From the NCBI GenBank assembly GCA_030038355.1, contig JASHPB010000044.1, forward strand, positions 66 to 64,065: a stretch of 64,000 bases of DNA, read 5' to 3'. The notes below the pieces were generated by a model that made no database searches, was not told where the DNA came from, and was given only the letters and a program-made list of their open reading frames with translations. Position numbers and translations under genes: made by a program. Of the stretch, positions 10,011-18,625 are shown one piece after another. Position 1 is the first letter of the stretch, and each line of letters starts with the position of its first letter. The stretch is from Candidatus Binataceae bacterium (GTDB lineage: Bacteria > Desulfobacterota > Binatia > Binatales > Binataceae).

Positions 10011-11459
10011 ATGGCGACGATTAATCGCGAAAAATATGAAGCCGTCATCGGACTCGAAATCCACACCCATCTGCTGACCAAGTCGAAGATGTTCTGCGGA
10101 TGCTCGACTGAGTTCGGCGGCGTGCCCAACGATCACACCTGTCCGATTTGCACCGCGATGCCAGGGGCACTGCCCGTCCTCAATCAGCACGTGATCGAAA
10201 TCGCCGTCCGCGCCGGGCTCGCCGCGCACTGCGAAGTCGCGCCCTACTCCATCTTCGACCGCAAGAGTTATTTCTACCCTGACCTGCCGAAGGGCTATCA
10301 GATCAGTCAGTACGGCACTCCGGTCTGCAAAGGTGGCTATATCGACTTGCCGCCGGATAAGAACGGTGCGCCGCACCGCGTGCGGCTGGTGAGAATCCAT
10401 CTCGAGGAAGACGCCGGCAAGAATATCCACGAGGGCGGCCATAGCCTGGTCGATCTCAACCGCTCGGGCGTGCCGCTGCTCGAAATCGTTTCCGAGCCCG
10501 ATATCCGCTCGGGCGCCGAAGCTGCAGCCTACGTGCAGGAGATGCGCGCGATACTTCGTTACATCGACGCGTCCGACGGCCGCATGGAAGAGGGCAGCCT
10601 CCGATGCGATTGCAACGTGTCGGTCCGCCCGCGCGGGCACAAGGAATTCGGCGTCAAGACCGAGATCAAGAATCTCAATTCATTTCGCTTCGTCGAAAAG
10701 GCAATTGAGTATGAGATCGATCGGCAAATAGACATTCTCGAATCCGGCGGAAAAATCACGCAGGAAACCCACTTGTGGGATCCCGTGCGCGAAGTGACGC
10801 GGGCGATGCGCTCGAAGGAATATGCCAATGACTATCGCTACTTCCCCGAGCCCGACCTGCCGCCGCTAATCGTGCCTCCGGATCTCGTCGAAGCGATTCG
10901 AGGTGAGATGCCCGAGCTGCCGGCGGATCGCCGCGCCCGCTATATAAGGGAGTTCGGCCTTACCCCTTATGAAGCCGACGTGTTGACCGCCGAGCGCGAA
11001 GTCTCCGATTACTTCGAGGCCACGCTATCGGGACTCAAAAATCGCAAGACCGCGGCTAACTGGGTGATGACCGAGGTTTTGCGAATTGTGCGCGAGAGCG
11101 GCAAGTCGCTCGCCGAAGCAGTTCCCGCGCCAACCGAAGTCGGCGCGCTCCTCATTATGATCGAAGATTTGAAGATCAGTCTGAACGCGGCGAAGACCGC
11201 ATTCGCCACGATGGTGAAGAGCGGAAAGTCGGCGGAAGGCACGGTCGCCGAACTCGGCCTCGCTCAGGTCTCTGACGAAGGCGCGATCGCGGAGGCGATA
11301 GACAGGATCCTCGCCGCCGAGACCGAGAAAGTGAATGAGTACCGCGCAGGACGTGACAAGCTGTTCGGTTTCTTCGTCGGTCAAGCCATGAAGGCAATGG
11401 GCGGGAAGGCGAATCCCAAAGTGATTAACGATTTGCTGCGCAAAAAGCTCTCCGGCTGA
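10011..11459 (+). CDS. gatB: Asp/Glu-tRNA amidotransferase subunit B
   Basis: 482 aa; YEAVIGLEIHTHL is the canonical GatB start. Confidence 0.9.
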   Translation: MATINREKYEAVIGLEIHTHLLTKSKMFCGCSTEFGGVPNDHTCPICTAMPGALPVLNQHVIEIAVRAGLAAHCEVAPYSIFDRKSYFYPDLPKGYQISQYGTPVCKGGYIDLPPDKNGAPHRVRLVRIHLEEDAGKNIHEGGHSLVDLNRSGVPLLEIVSEPDIRSGAEAAAYVQEMRAILRYIDASDGRMEEGSLRCDCNVSVRPRGHKEFGVKTEIKNLNSFRFVEKAIEYEIDRQIDILESGGKITQETHLWDPVREVTRAMRSKEYANDYRYFPEPDLPPLIVPPDLVEAIRGEMPELPADRRARYIREFGLTPYEADVLTAEREVSDYFEATLSGLKNRKTAANWVMTEVLRIVRESGKSLAEAVPAPTEVGALLIMIEDLKISLNAAKTAFATMVKSGKSAEGTVAELGLAQVSDEGAIAEAIDRILAAETEKVNEYRAGRDKLFGFFVGQAMKAMGGKANPKVINDLLRKKLSG

Positions 11460-11715
11460 TCACTCCATCCTCGGCTCGTATCGGGCCTGGTCAGCTCTGA
11501 AATCCTTTACCACTTCACGATCTCGCTAACGCGGGAGGCGCGCAGGCGTAAAACTTTTTTTGCGGTCTAACCGGACGCGATTTGCGTTGAAAACTCGCGC
11601 CTTTTCGAGACTTTCCGCCGTCGGCACACCAATTGCCTTGTCATTCTGCTGGAACGCGAAGAAACATGCCTGCCGGCATCGTTTGTCGGCAATCGTAGGC
11701 AATTAGGTGTGAGCT

Positions 11716-12189
11716 ATGGAAAAAAATGTCAAAACATTGTTGATAAGTGCATTTTTCGGCATTGCGACGCTTGGTTTGCTGGGATGCGCCGATACCGAGA
11801 ATAATTCGGCGCCTTATGCAACTCCGGCGACCACCGCAAACGACTATTCGTCCAGCTCTACCTACTCGACGACCACGCCTTACAGCACTACCTACACGAC
11901 GACGACGACTACGCCGAGTACGACGGTGACAACTTATCCGACGACCTCCAGCACCACCTATCCGTCAACCACCACTGTCACCAAGCGGACGACGACCGAC
12001 TACACGCCCTCGTATGATTCTGGCTACTCATACAGCTCCAACGAACCGTCCTACACTACGACTGTAGTTCAGAATCCTCCGATTGAGGCGCCCGCCATGA
12101 CTACCACGCGCACGACTACCACCACCACCACCAACAACGACGGCACAATCCGCAAAGAAACCACGATTACTACGTCGCCGAACTACTAG
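11716..12189 (+). CDS. Low-complexity Thr/Ser/Tyr-rich lipoprotein (mucin-like)
   Basis: A signal peptide with lipobox LLGC|AD is followed by ~130 aa dominated by T, S and Y runs (TTTTTPSTTVTTYPTTSSTTYPSTTTV). Both the gene and its flanks are lower in GC than the surrounding DNA. Confidence 0.6.
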   Translation: MEKNVKTLLISAFFGIATLGLLGCADTENNSAPYATPATTANDYSSSSTYSTTTPYSTTYTTTTTTPSTTVTTYPTTSSTTYPSTTTVTKRTTTDYTPSYDSGYSYSSNEPSYTTTVVQNPPIEAPAMTTTRTTTTTTTNNDGTIRKETTITTSPNY

Positions 12190-12223
12190 CGCATCGTCTC
12201 GGTCATGGGCTGACGCTTCTGAC

Positions 12224-12269
12224 CGACCTTGCCGCGCCGCCTTCGAGATTTGCGGCGCCGCAGGTCGGC
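12224..12269. terminator. GC-rich imperfect hairpin between convergent genes; candidate bidirectional terminator
   Basis: CCGACC-ttgcc-GCGCCGC-(loop)-GCGGCGC-cgca-GGTCGG lies between the lipoprotein (+) and the serine hydrolase (-). The downstream U-run is weak (GGTTTG). Confidence 0.3.
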
Positions 12270-12291
12270 ATGGTTTGAAAGCCAGCTTGAG

Positions 12292-13515
12292 CTAACCAGT
12301 GGCCGGCGGGGACGGCTCAAGCGACCGCATCACATAGCGATCGAGAACCTCGAGCGGGACCAGTCCCTGTAGCGGGCTCGTGTACATCCCGGAGTTGACG
12401 ACGACCACTAAATCGAGTGCGGGAACTACGAATAGTCGCTGTCCGCCGAGCCCGACAGCGGCGGGCCAGTGGATTTCCTTTCCATCGACCAGCGAGCGGC
12501 CAAGCCAGAATTGGTATCCGTAGAAGAAGAGCGCCTCACCCATCAGATGCGGCGCCGTAGCCTCAGCGATCCATGCGGCGGGCACGATCTGCGATCCGTT
12601 CCATGAACCGTGCTGAAGAATGAGCTGTCCAATCTTCGCGAGATCGCGAGGGCGCAATCTCAGCCCACCGGCCGCGTGCGGGCTAAGGTTGGAATGCTTG
12701 TACCAGGTGAAATCCGTGATTCCGAGCGGCGCGAATAGCAGCGTGCCTGCTAGCTCGTCCACGCCTTGCCCGGTTGCCTTCTTCAATATCGCACCCAGCA
12801 GTTCGGTCGAGCCTGAGTTGTAATTCCATATCTGACCGGGAGCCGCGACGATCGGCGGCGCCAACGCAGCGCGCAACGGATCTGACGATGTGTCCATTAT
12901 GATTTCGCTGTTGTCGGGGCTGGTGTAGGGAACGTCTTCCTCATGCCACTCGATCCCCGACGACATGGTCAGCAGATCGCGAATCGTGATGCGGCTTTTC
13001 TGCGGCGTGGCGAGGTTCGCGTACTCGGGGAAAAAGGACAACACCGGTTCGTCGATGCTTTTGACCCATCCACGATCGATGGCGATTCCCATCACCAGCG
13101 CGACGACGCTCTTGCTCACCGACCGCTCGTCATGCCGAACCGTTGGCCCAAACGTCACATTTCCAACCGCGCGCCCCAGATGCTCGTCGGCGCCCGTGAA
13201 GTATTGCTCGAACACCAGCTTGCCGTGGCGAACCACGAGGACAGCATGTACGTTGTCGAGCTTCGATTCGGCGAGCCACTTGACCATCGGGCATAGAACA
13301 GCCCGGGAGAGACCGACGCTCTCGGGCGTCGCGATTTGCCAACTATCGATACCGCCGATGGGGTCGCCGCATGCGTTCGGGTCAGCATGCAGCGCCGGCG
13401 CCTCTGCGCGCTTGCAACCTCCCATCGCTAGCGCCGCCATCAAGCTGATTAGAATGATCGCTATCCTGACCACTTGGTCCTGTGACGCTACCTTCGATCG
13501 AATTGACGATCTCAT
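12292..13515 (-). CDS. Beta-lactamase-family serine hydrolase/esterase, lipoprotein
   Basis: A lipoprotein signal (LMAALAMGGC) is followed by an S-x-x-K active-site motif (SVSKS), as in class C beta-lactamase-related hydrolases. Confidence 0.75.
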   Translation of the reverse strand: MRSSIRSKVASQDQVVRIAIILISLMAALAMGGCKRAEAPALHADPNACGDPIGGIDSWQIATPESVGLSRAVLCPMVKWLAESKLDNVHAVLVVRHGKLVFEQYFTGADEHLGRAVGNVTFGPTVRHDERSVSKSVVALVMGIAIDRGWVKSIDEPVLSFFPEYANLATPQKSRITIRDLLTMSSGIEWHEEDVPYTSPDNSEIIMDTSSDPLRAALAPPIVAAPGQIWNYNSGSTELLGAILKKATGQGVDELAGTLLFAPLGITDFTWYKHSNLSPHAAGGLRLRPRDLAKIGQLILQHGSWNGSQIVPAAWIAEATAPHLMGEALFFYGYQFWLGRSLVDGKEIHWPAAVGLGGQRLFVVPALDLVVVVNSGMYTSPLQGLVPLEVLDRYVMRSLEPSPPATG

Positions 13516-13516
13516 T

Positions 13517-15394
13517 CTATAGCTTGGTGAATCCGTCGCGGCTCCAATTCTCGGAGCCAACTCCGTTGTGGACGATGAATAGTCCGTCAGGATCGTAGTT
13601 CGCTTTGATCTGTGCAAGGCGAGGATAGTTGTTCCCCCAGTAGGCCTGCTGAAATCCCTTCTGAAAATAGTTGCTCTCGCTCACGTATGCGCCATCTTCC
13701 GCAGTGATGGCGCGGAGTTCGTTGAGGCATTGGTCTATGCGCCGCGATGCCTGTCGGCCTTGGTCGACTGAAGGCTCATGCCCCGGAATTCCAGGGTAAG
13801 CGGGACCTTGGGCATCGGCCGCGATCAACAGGGCGAAGGCCCTCGTAACTGCTGGATTAGTGGCCGTGTCCTTTGTCGCCGCGATTGCCTCAGGCGGCCC
13901 TCCTGCCAGCCCCTTGTTGAAATGCAATTCGAAGCCGGAATGCCGCGAACCGGCGAATAAGGCGTTGGCGAGGCGCTCCTGCGCGTTGCTTTCGAGCAGC
14001 GACTCGGGCAGCCAGAGCGACTCATAACTCCAGATGTACCAGCCGCACTCTCCGGTGTTGCCCTTCCACCACGCGTTGTCGGATCCGGCACCCGATCGAT
14101 TGTCATACGCCAAAAGAGGTTGAGGAATCACGTGGACGAGGACATCGTCGATCAGCGTCTGCAGACGACTGCCGTTTGGAGGGAAAATTGCCTGCGGCCA
14201 GTGCTCCATCCACCACTGTACGTCCCAGAAATGCCGCGCCGGAACGCTTCCGATGGTTACCGGCCATTTTACTGAGTAGTCGGTGGAGCGCCTGGCCCAG
14301 TCGAGGAACGGCTGCCAGACCATCTTTGGTTCATCGGCGTCCAATCCGTGAGAGAGCATCGAGATTTCGAACGTATTGTCGGGATACACGCGCGCCTGCT
14401 CGCCCCAGTGATCGTTGAACAGATTCTCCTTGTAGAAACTTACGAACTCGCGGATGAGCCGCCGATACGCTTCATCTGACGACGCCACGACTTTGAAGTT
14501 GACAATGCCGAAGTACTCCGGAAGTTCGTGAGCTCTCACCGTCAACTTGCTCACGACTCCGAAGGTGCCGCCGCCGCCACCCTTCAGCGCCCAGAACAAA
14601 TCGGGATTGGTGCAGGTATTCGCGATTCGAATCTGGCCGTCAGCAGTGACAACCTCTGCTTCGAGCAAGCTCGCTGCGGCGGTGCCATAGTGCTTCGAGA
14701 AACTTCCGAAACCGCCCCCCTGGATGAGACCGGCGAGGCCGACGGTCAGGCATCCTCCCCCCTGAATGTATTTGCCTGCCTCGGTGCAAACCGCCTCGTA
14801 TGCCTGAAGGTCGATCGTGCCCGCGCCGAGCGTCACCGCCGGTTGAGGCTTCAAAGTTTGTTCGCATCCCCGCGGCACGAACGCATCGTGCATCTGGATA
14901 TCGTGCATCTGCCGCGTCCAGATGAGCAGCGAATCGGGCGCGTTGGATGTGCCCTGGTAGCTGTGGCCACCTCCTTTGACCGCGAGCCGCAAATTGTTTT
15001 CGCGAGCGAAGTTAACAGCGGCGGCGATATCCTGCGCGTTCCTCGCCGCAACTGCGTAAACGCTTGGTTTAGTGTCCCATCCATCGACCCAGCCCAGCGT
15101 CTCCGTGAGCCCCGGACTATCGCCGATGAAGTACGGGTTCTTGAGATTCCTCCAGAGTTGTTTCGCCGCGTCGCTATTCGGGTCCTTGTGAAGCACCAAA
15201 ATCGGAAAATCCACCGCAATCAGATTGCCGCCAACCGTTTCGTTGAGCTGCTTCCACGCAGTCTTCGATGGCCACGCCGCATCGGTGGGACGGCAACGAC
15301 TGGATGACGGCGCCGCGCGCACCCCGCGCGGCATCATCGTAAGCAAGGCAGCTGCCCCAGACGCTGTGAGGAATTCTCTTCTATTCATCGACAA
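13517..15394 (-). CDS. Tat-secreted FAD-linked oxidase (PCMH/VAO-BBE family), copy 1
   Basis: The N-terminus carries a twin-arginine motif (RREFLTASGAAAL). An FAD_binding_4 region (LAVKGGGHSYQGTS) is followed by a BBE-like C-terminus. Confidence 0.8.
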   Translation of the reverse strand: MSMNRREFLTASGAAALLTMMPRGVRAAPSSSRCRPTDAAWPSKTAWKQLNETVGGNLIAVDFPILVLHKDPNSDAAKQLWRNLKNPYFIGDSPGLTETLGWVDGWDTKPSVYAVAARNAQDIAAAVNFARENNLRLAVKGGGHSYQGTSNAPDSLLIWTRQMHDIQMHDAFVPRGCEQTLKPQPAVTLGAGTIDLQAYEAVCTEAGKYIQGGGCLTVGLAGLIQGGGFGSFSKHYGTAAASLLEAEVVTADGQIRIANTCTNPDLFWALKGGGGGTFGVVSKLTVRAHELPEYFGIVNFKVVASSDEAYRRLIREFVSFYKENLFNDHWGEQARVYPDNTFEISMLSHGLDADEPKMVWQPFLDWARRSTDYSVKWPVTIGSVPARHFWDVQWWMEHWPQAIFPPNGSRLQTLIDDVLVHVIPQPLLAYDNRSGAGSDNAWWKGNTGECGWYIWSYESLWLPESLLESNAQERLANALFAGSRHSGFELHFNKGLAGGPPEAIAATKDTATNPAVTRAFALLIAADAQGPAYPGIPGHEPSVDQGRQASRRIDQCLNELRAITAEDGAYVSESNYFQKGFQQAYWGNNYPRLAQIKANYDPDGLFIVHNGVGSENWSRDGFTKL

Positions 15395-15410
15395 TCCCTT
15401 GGGCGCAGTC

Positions 15411-16496
15411 TTATCGCGACAATTGCGGACGCAGACGGAGTATGCCGAATATCGCGATGATCACGGCAAACGCGAAAACGATCGCTGCGTCCGGAACCAC
15501 TTCAAGTGCCGTCGCATGATCGAAGATCAAACCCAAATACGCTTCCATCGCCCACGAGGCAGGGGATAGATGAGCCAGGATCTTCATGAATGGCGGTACT
15601 ACTTCGAGCGGCCACATGCATCCACCGAGCATTCCAAATGCAACGCCGATCCATGGACCGAGCGAAACCGCCTGCTGGCGGGTTTTGAATACCGTGCCCA
15701 TCAAGAGGACAATCGCGACGCCGAGGCATACGACCGCGGCGGTAATGAGCAGGAGGCCTAGCGGGTCGCCCCAATGAACGCCGAAGAAAAGCCACGCGGC
15801 GACGATCATGAATACCGCCTCCGCAACCATTTGTTGCGCTGGCGCGACCGCGAGCATCCCGAGCAGTTCCCAGGTGCGGCGCGGTGCGGCCAGCAGGCGG
15901 CGCGAAAGCCCGCTTTCGCGGAGTTGAAGGATCGGCAGGGTCAGGACGAAACCATTAATCATCATGAACAGGACCAGGTTCGCCGGCGCCGTGTACGGGA
16001 AGCCCACGCGTGGCGAACCAGCGTGCCCTCCTGCGGGATAACGGATCGGAGTGTCGAGCGACTTGCCGCCGCGCGCCAAACCGCTTAGCTCGGCGTCGAT
16101 GCCGGCTCGGACGATGGCGGCGGTGGAACTCGCGCTCGAAAGGTACACGGGAACGTTTCGGCCGCCGTGCCATCCGGGCGGAATCAGTATTCCGGCGTTC
16201 ATCCGTCCCCTGAAAACGGCGATCCGAAGGCGCTCCGCGTTCGTATAGTCGCGGACGCGAAACTGCTCGTTGGCTTCGAGGCGGGCGATGAGCGCACGGC
16301 TCTCGCTGGTGTGCGCTCGGTCGAGGATGCCTACCACGAACGACGAGCTCACGTAACCGCCCATCGCAAATCCTACTACTGCCATAATGACCCCGGGCAG
16401 GAGGAACAAGGCCACCAGCCGCCTGCGATCGCGCGCCGCGGCCGCGCCGCTGGCCGCGGCCGCGCCGAAAATGACGTTGAGGCTACGTCGCATCAC
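15411..16496 (-). CDS. ABC-2 type transporter permease
   Basis: Six-TM ABC-2 topology with a large N-terminal loop, adjacent to a second permease and the ATPase. Confidence 0.75.
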   Translation of the reverse strand: MMRRSLNVIFGAAAASGAAAARDRRRLVALFLLPGVIMAVVGFAMGGYVSSSFVVGILDRAHTSESRALIARLEANEQFRVRDYTNAERLRIAVFRGRMNAGILIPPGWHGGRNVPVYLSSASSTAAIVRAGIDAELSGLARGGKSLDTPIRYPAGGHAGSPRVGFPYTAPANLVLFMMINGFVLTLPILQLRESGLSRRLLAAPRRTWELLGMLAVAPAQQMVAEAVFMIVAAWLFFGVHWGDPLGLLLITAAVVCLGVAIVLLMGTVFKTRQQAVSLGPWIGVAFGMLGGCMWPLEVVPPFMKILAHLSPASWAMEAYLGLIFDHATALEVVPDAAIVFAFAVIIAIFGILRLRPQLSR

Positions 16497-16497
16497 T

Positions 16498-17604
16498 TTA
16501 AGTCATCCTTTGAAGTGTTGCGTTCGCCCTGAGACCAGCGAGCGCAATCCCGATGAACCCGACGAGCGCTGTGACCGCGAGTGGCTCCGCTATCGTGAGC
16601 AAACTTCCATGCGCGCCTGCCGCCGAAAGATCCATGAATCCAAAGAACGACTGTCCATTCGGAGTTAGGCGACTGAGGGTCTCGAAGATGTCCGGAAGGC
16701 CTTGCGGCGGCAGAAACTGTCCACCGACGATTGAGAGGAGGACAATCACGAGCGTCGCCAGCGCGTTTCCCTGGTCCGCATTGCCTGCCAGGCTCATCAA
16801 GAACGCTGTCAGTCCGATCGCCATCAGCACGCTGGTGAAAACCAACGCGGCGGTCGCAAGCCGATTACCCCAATGGGTTCCGAACAGCAACGAGGTTGCC
16901 GCGATCATGGTGCCCATCTGCACGAGGCCGATGATGAGCAGAGCAGTGAACTTGCCCGCGACAATCGCATGCGGCCGGGCGGGAGAGGCAACCAGCCGAA
17001 CGATGGTGCGCAAGTCAATCTCGGCTTGCAGCGCGCGGACACCAGACAGCACGCCAAAATTCAGAAACAGGACCGCCATCGACATCGCGAAGAAATCGAC
17101 CACCCGCATCTGCCCGCCGGCCGTGACCGGAGCCACCTCGGGAGTGACGCGATCGCGAGGCATGGCTGCACGATTCATGAAATCGCGGAGAAGCCCTCGC
17201 GTCGCGAGCATGGCGAACTCTTCGCCTCGCGCGGCGAGAATCTCAACCGGCGGTTTGTCGCCGCTGATGAGCGCTTTTGCAAAGCCGGTGTTCATCACCA
17301 CCGCGCACTCTGCCGCGTGTTCCTTGATCATCCGCTCGGCCGCGGCAAGCGAATCGACCGGCTCTATCAGGACTGTTCCTCGCGGTGATTGCTGCTCGAC
17401 GAATCTGACGAATGCGGCGGACTCTTCTGAGTGGTCGAGATCCGCGATGCCAAGGCGCATCCCCGATCCTCCATGAGAACCGCCGAGCGCAAAGCCCATC
17501 AGCGCAGTCAGCGCGAGCGGCGCGACGATCGCGGTCAGAATCGCGGTTCGATCGCGCATCCTTTGGAGAAGGTCCTTGAGGCAAACCAGGATCGCGTATC
17601 GCAT
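16498..17604 (-). CDS. ABC-2 type transporter permease
   Basis: An ABC-2 permease fold that is a paralog of the adjacent permease. Confidence 0.75.
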   Translation of the reverse strand: MRYAILVCLKDLLQRMRDRTAILTAIVAPLALTALMGFALGGSHGGSGMRLGIADLDHSEESAAFVRFVEQQSPRGTVLIEPVDSLAAAERMIKEHAAECAVVMNTGFAKALISGDKPPVEILAARGEEFAMLATRGLLRDFMNRAAMPRDRVTPEVAPVTAGGQMRVVDFFAMSMAVLFLNFGVLSGVRALQAEIDLRTIVRLVASPARPHAIVAGKFTALLIIGLVQMGTMIAATSLLFGTHWGNRLATAALVFTSVLMAIGLTAFLMSLAGNADQGNALATLVIVLLSIVGGQFLPPQGLPDIFETLSRLTPNGQSFFGFMDLSAAGAHGSLLTIAEPLAVTALVGFIGIALAGLRANATLQRMT

Positions 17605-17610
17605 GTGAAG

Positions 17611-18609
17611 TTAGTCGCGCAGGGCGCGTCCCGTCATGCGCAGAAAAACGTCTTCGAGATTTGGCTCCACTACACGCACACTGTCCGCCACGGTGCCGGC
17701 GTTGAGAAGCGCCGTCAGCATCGCGGGCAATCGATTGGCTCCATGATCGGCGACTACATGAAGATGATCGTTCTCCACGGTTGCGAGCTGCACGCCCTCG
17801 AGCGCGCTGACGATTCGCTGCGCGCGTACGAGCGAGTCGCCACGTCCCACCCCAATCTCGATTCGCGTATCCTGTGCCAGGTTCCCGATCAGCTCGGCAC
17901 GCGTGCCTTCGGCGATCAGGTGGCCTGAATCGATGATTCCGATGCGGGCGCAGAGGCGCTCCGCCTCTTCCATGTAGTGCGTCGTGTAAAGGATGGCGGT
18001 GCCAGCATCGCGGAGCCGCTCCACCAAATCGAAAATGGCGCTGCGACTCTGCGGATCCACGCCAACCGTCGGCTCGTCAAGAATGAGAAGCTTCGGCTGA
18101 TGCAGAATGCCGGCCGCGAGATTCAAGCGCCGTTGCATTCCGCCCGAGTAGGTCCCGACAATGTCGTCGGCACGCTTGGTTAGACCTACAGCTTCGAGAG
18201 CGGTGTCGATCGCCGCCCGTAGCGCGGTGCCGCTGAGATCATACAAGCGCCCCCAAAAGTCGAGATTCTCGCGCGCGGTGAGATCGAGATAGAGAGTGAT
18301 CGCCTGCGGTACGATTCCGATAAGTGCGCGCGCCGCGGGTCCAACGTCGATGTCGACGCCGTCGATCGTGATTTCGCCGCCGTCGCGTACGAGGATTCCG
18401 GCAATCATCGAGATCGAGGTGGTCTTGCCTGCACCGTTGGGTCCAAGCAAGCCGTAAATCTCCCCGGCCGCGATGCTGAATCCGATGCCTTCAACCGCGA
18501 CTCGCGCGCCGAAGCTCTTGCTGAGCCCTCGCACGACCAGCATTGGCGCCGACGGTTCGCTGGCCGTCATTCCTATCGCCGGGGGCATGGTCTCGACCTT
18601 TGTTTCCAT
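17611..18609 (-). CDS. ABC transporter ATP-binding protein; the start is chosen at METKVETMPP to avoid overlap with the upstream oxidase
   Basis: Walker A GLLGPNGAGKTT, signature YSGGMQRRLNLA, and Walker B LLILDEPT. Confidence 0.8.
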   Translation of the reverse strand: METKVETMPPAIGMTASEPSAPMLVVRGLSKSFGARVAVEGIGFSIAAGEIYGLLGPNGAGKTTSISMIAGILVRDGGEITIDGVDIDVGPAARALIGIVPQAITLYLDLTARENLDFWGRLYDLSGTALRAAIDTALEAVGLTKRADDIVGTYSGGMQRRLNLAAGILHQPKLLILDEPTVGVDPQSRSAIFDLVERLRDAGTAILYTTHYMEEAERLCARIGIIDSGHLIAEGTRAELIGNLAQDTRIEIGVGRGDSLVRAQRIVSALEGVQLATVENDHLHVVADHGANRLPAMLTALLNAGTVADSVRVVEPNLEDVFLRMTGRALRD

Positions 18610-18625
18610 CGCCGATGGTGGATCT

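Noticed and set aside
11830-12180. Repetitive acc/act/acg triplet runs that could be mistaken for a repeat array or CRISPR
   Set aside because: They are in-frame codon repeats of a Thr-rich protein, with no spacer/repeat periodicity, no cas genes and no leader.
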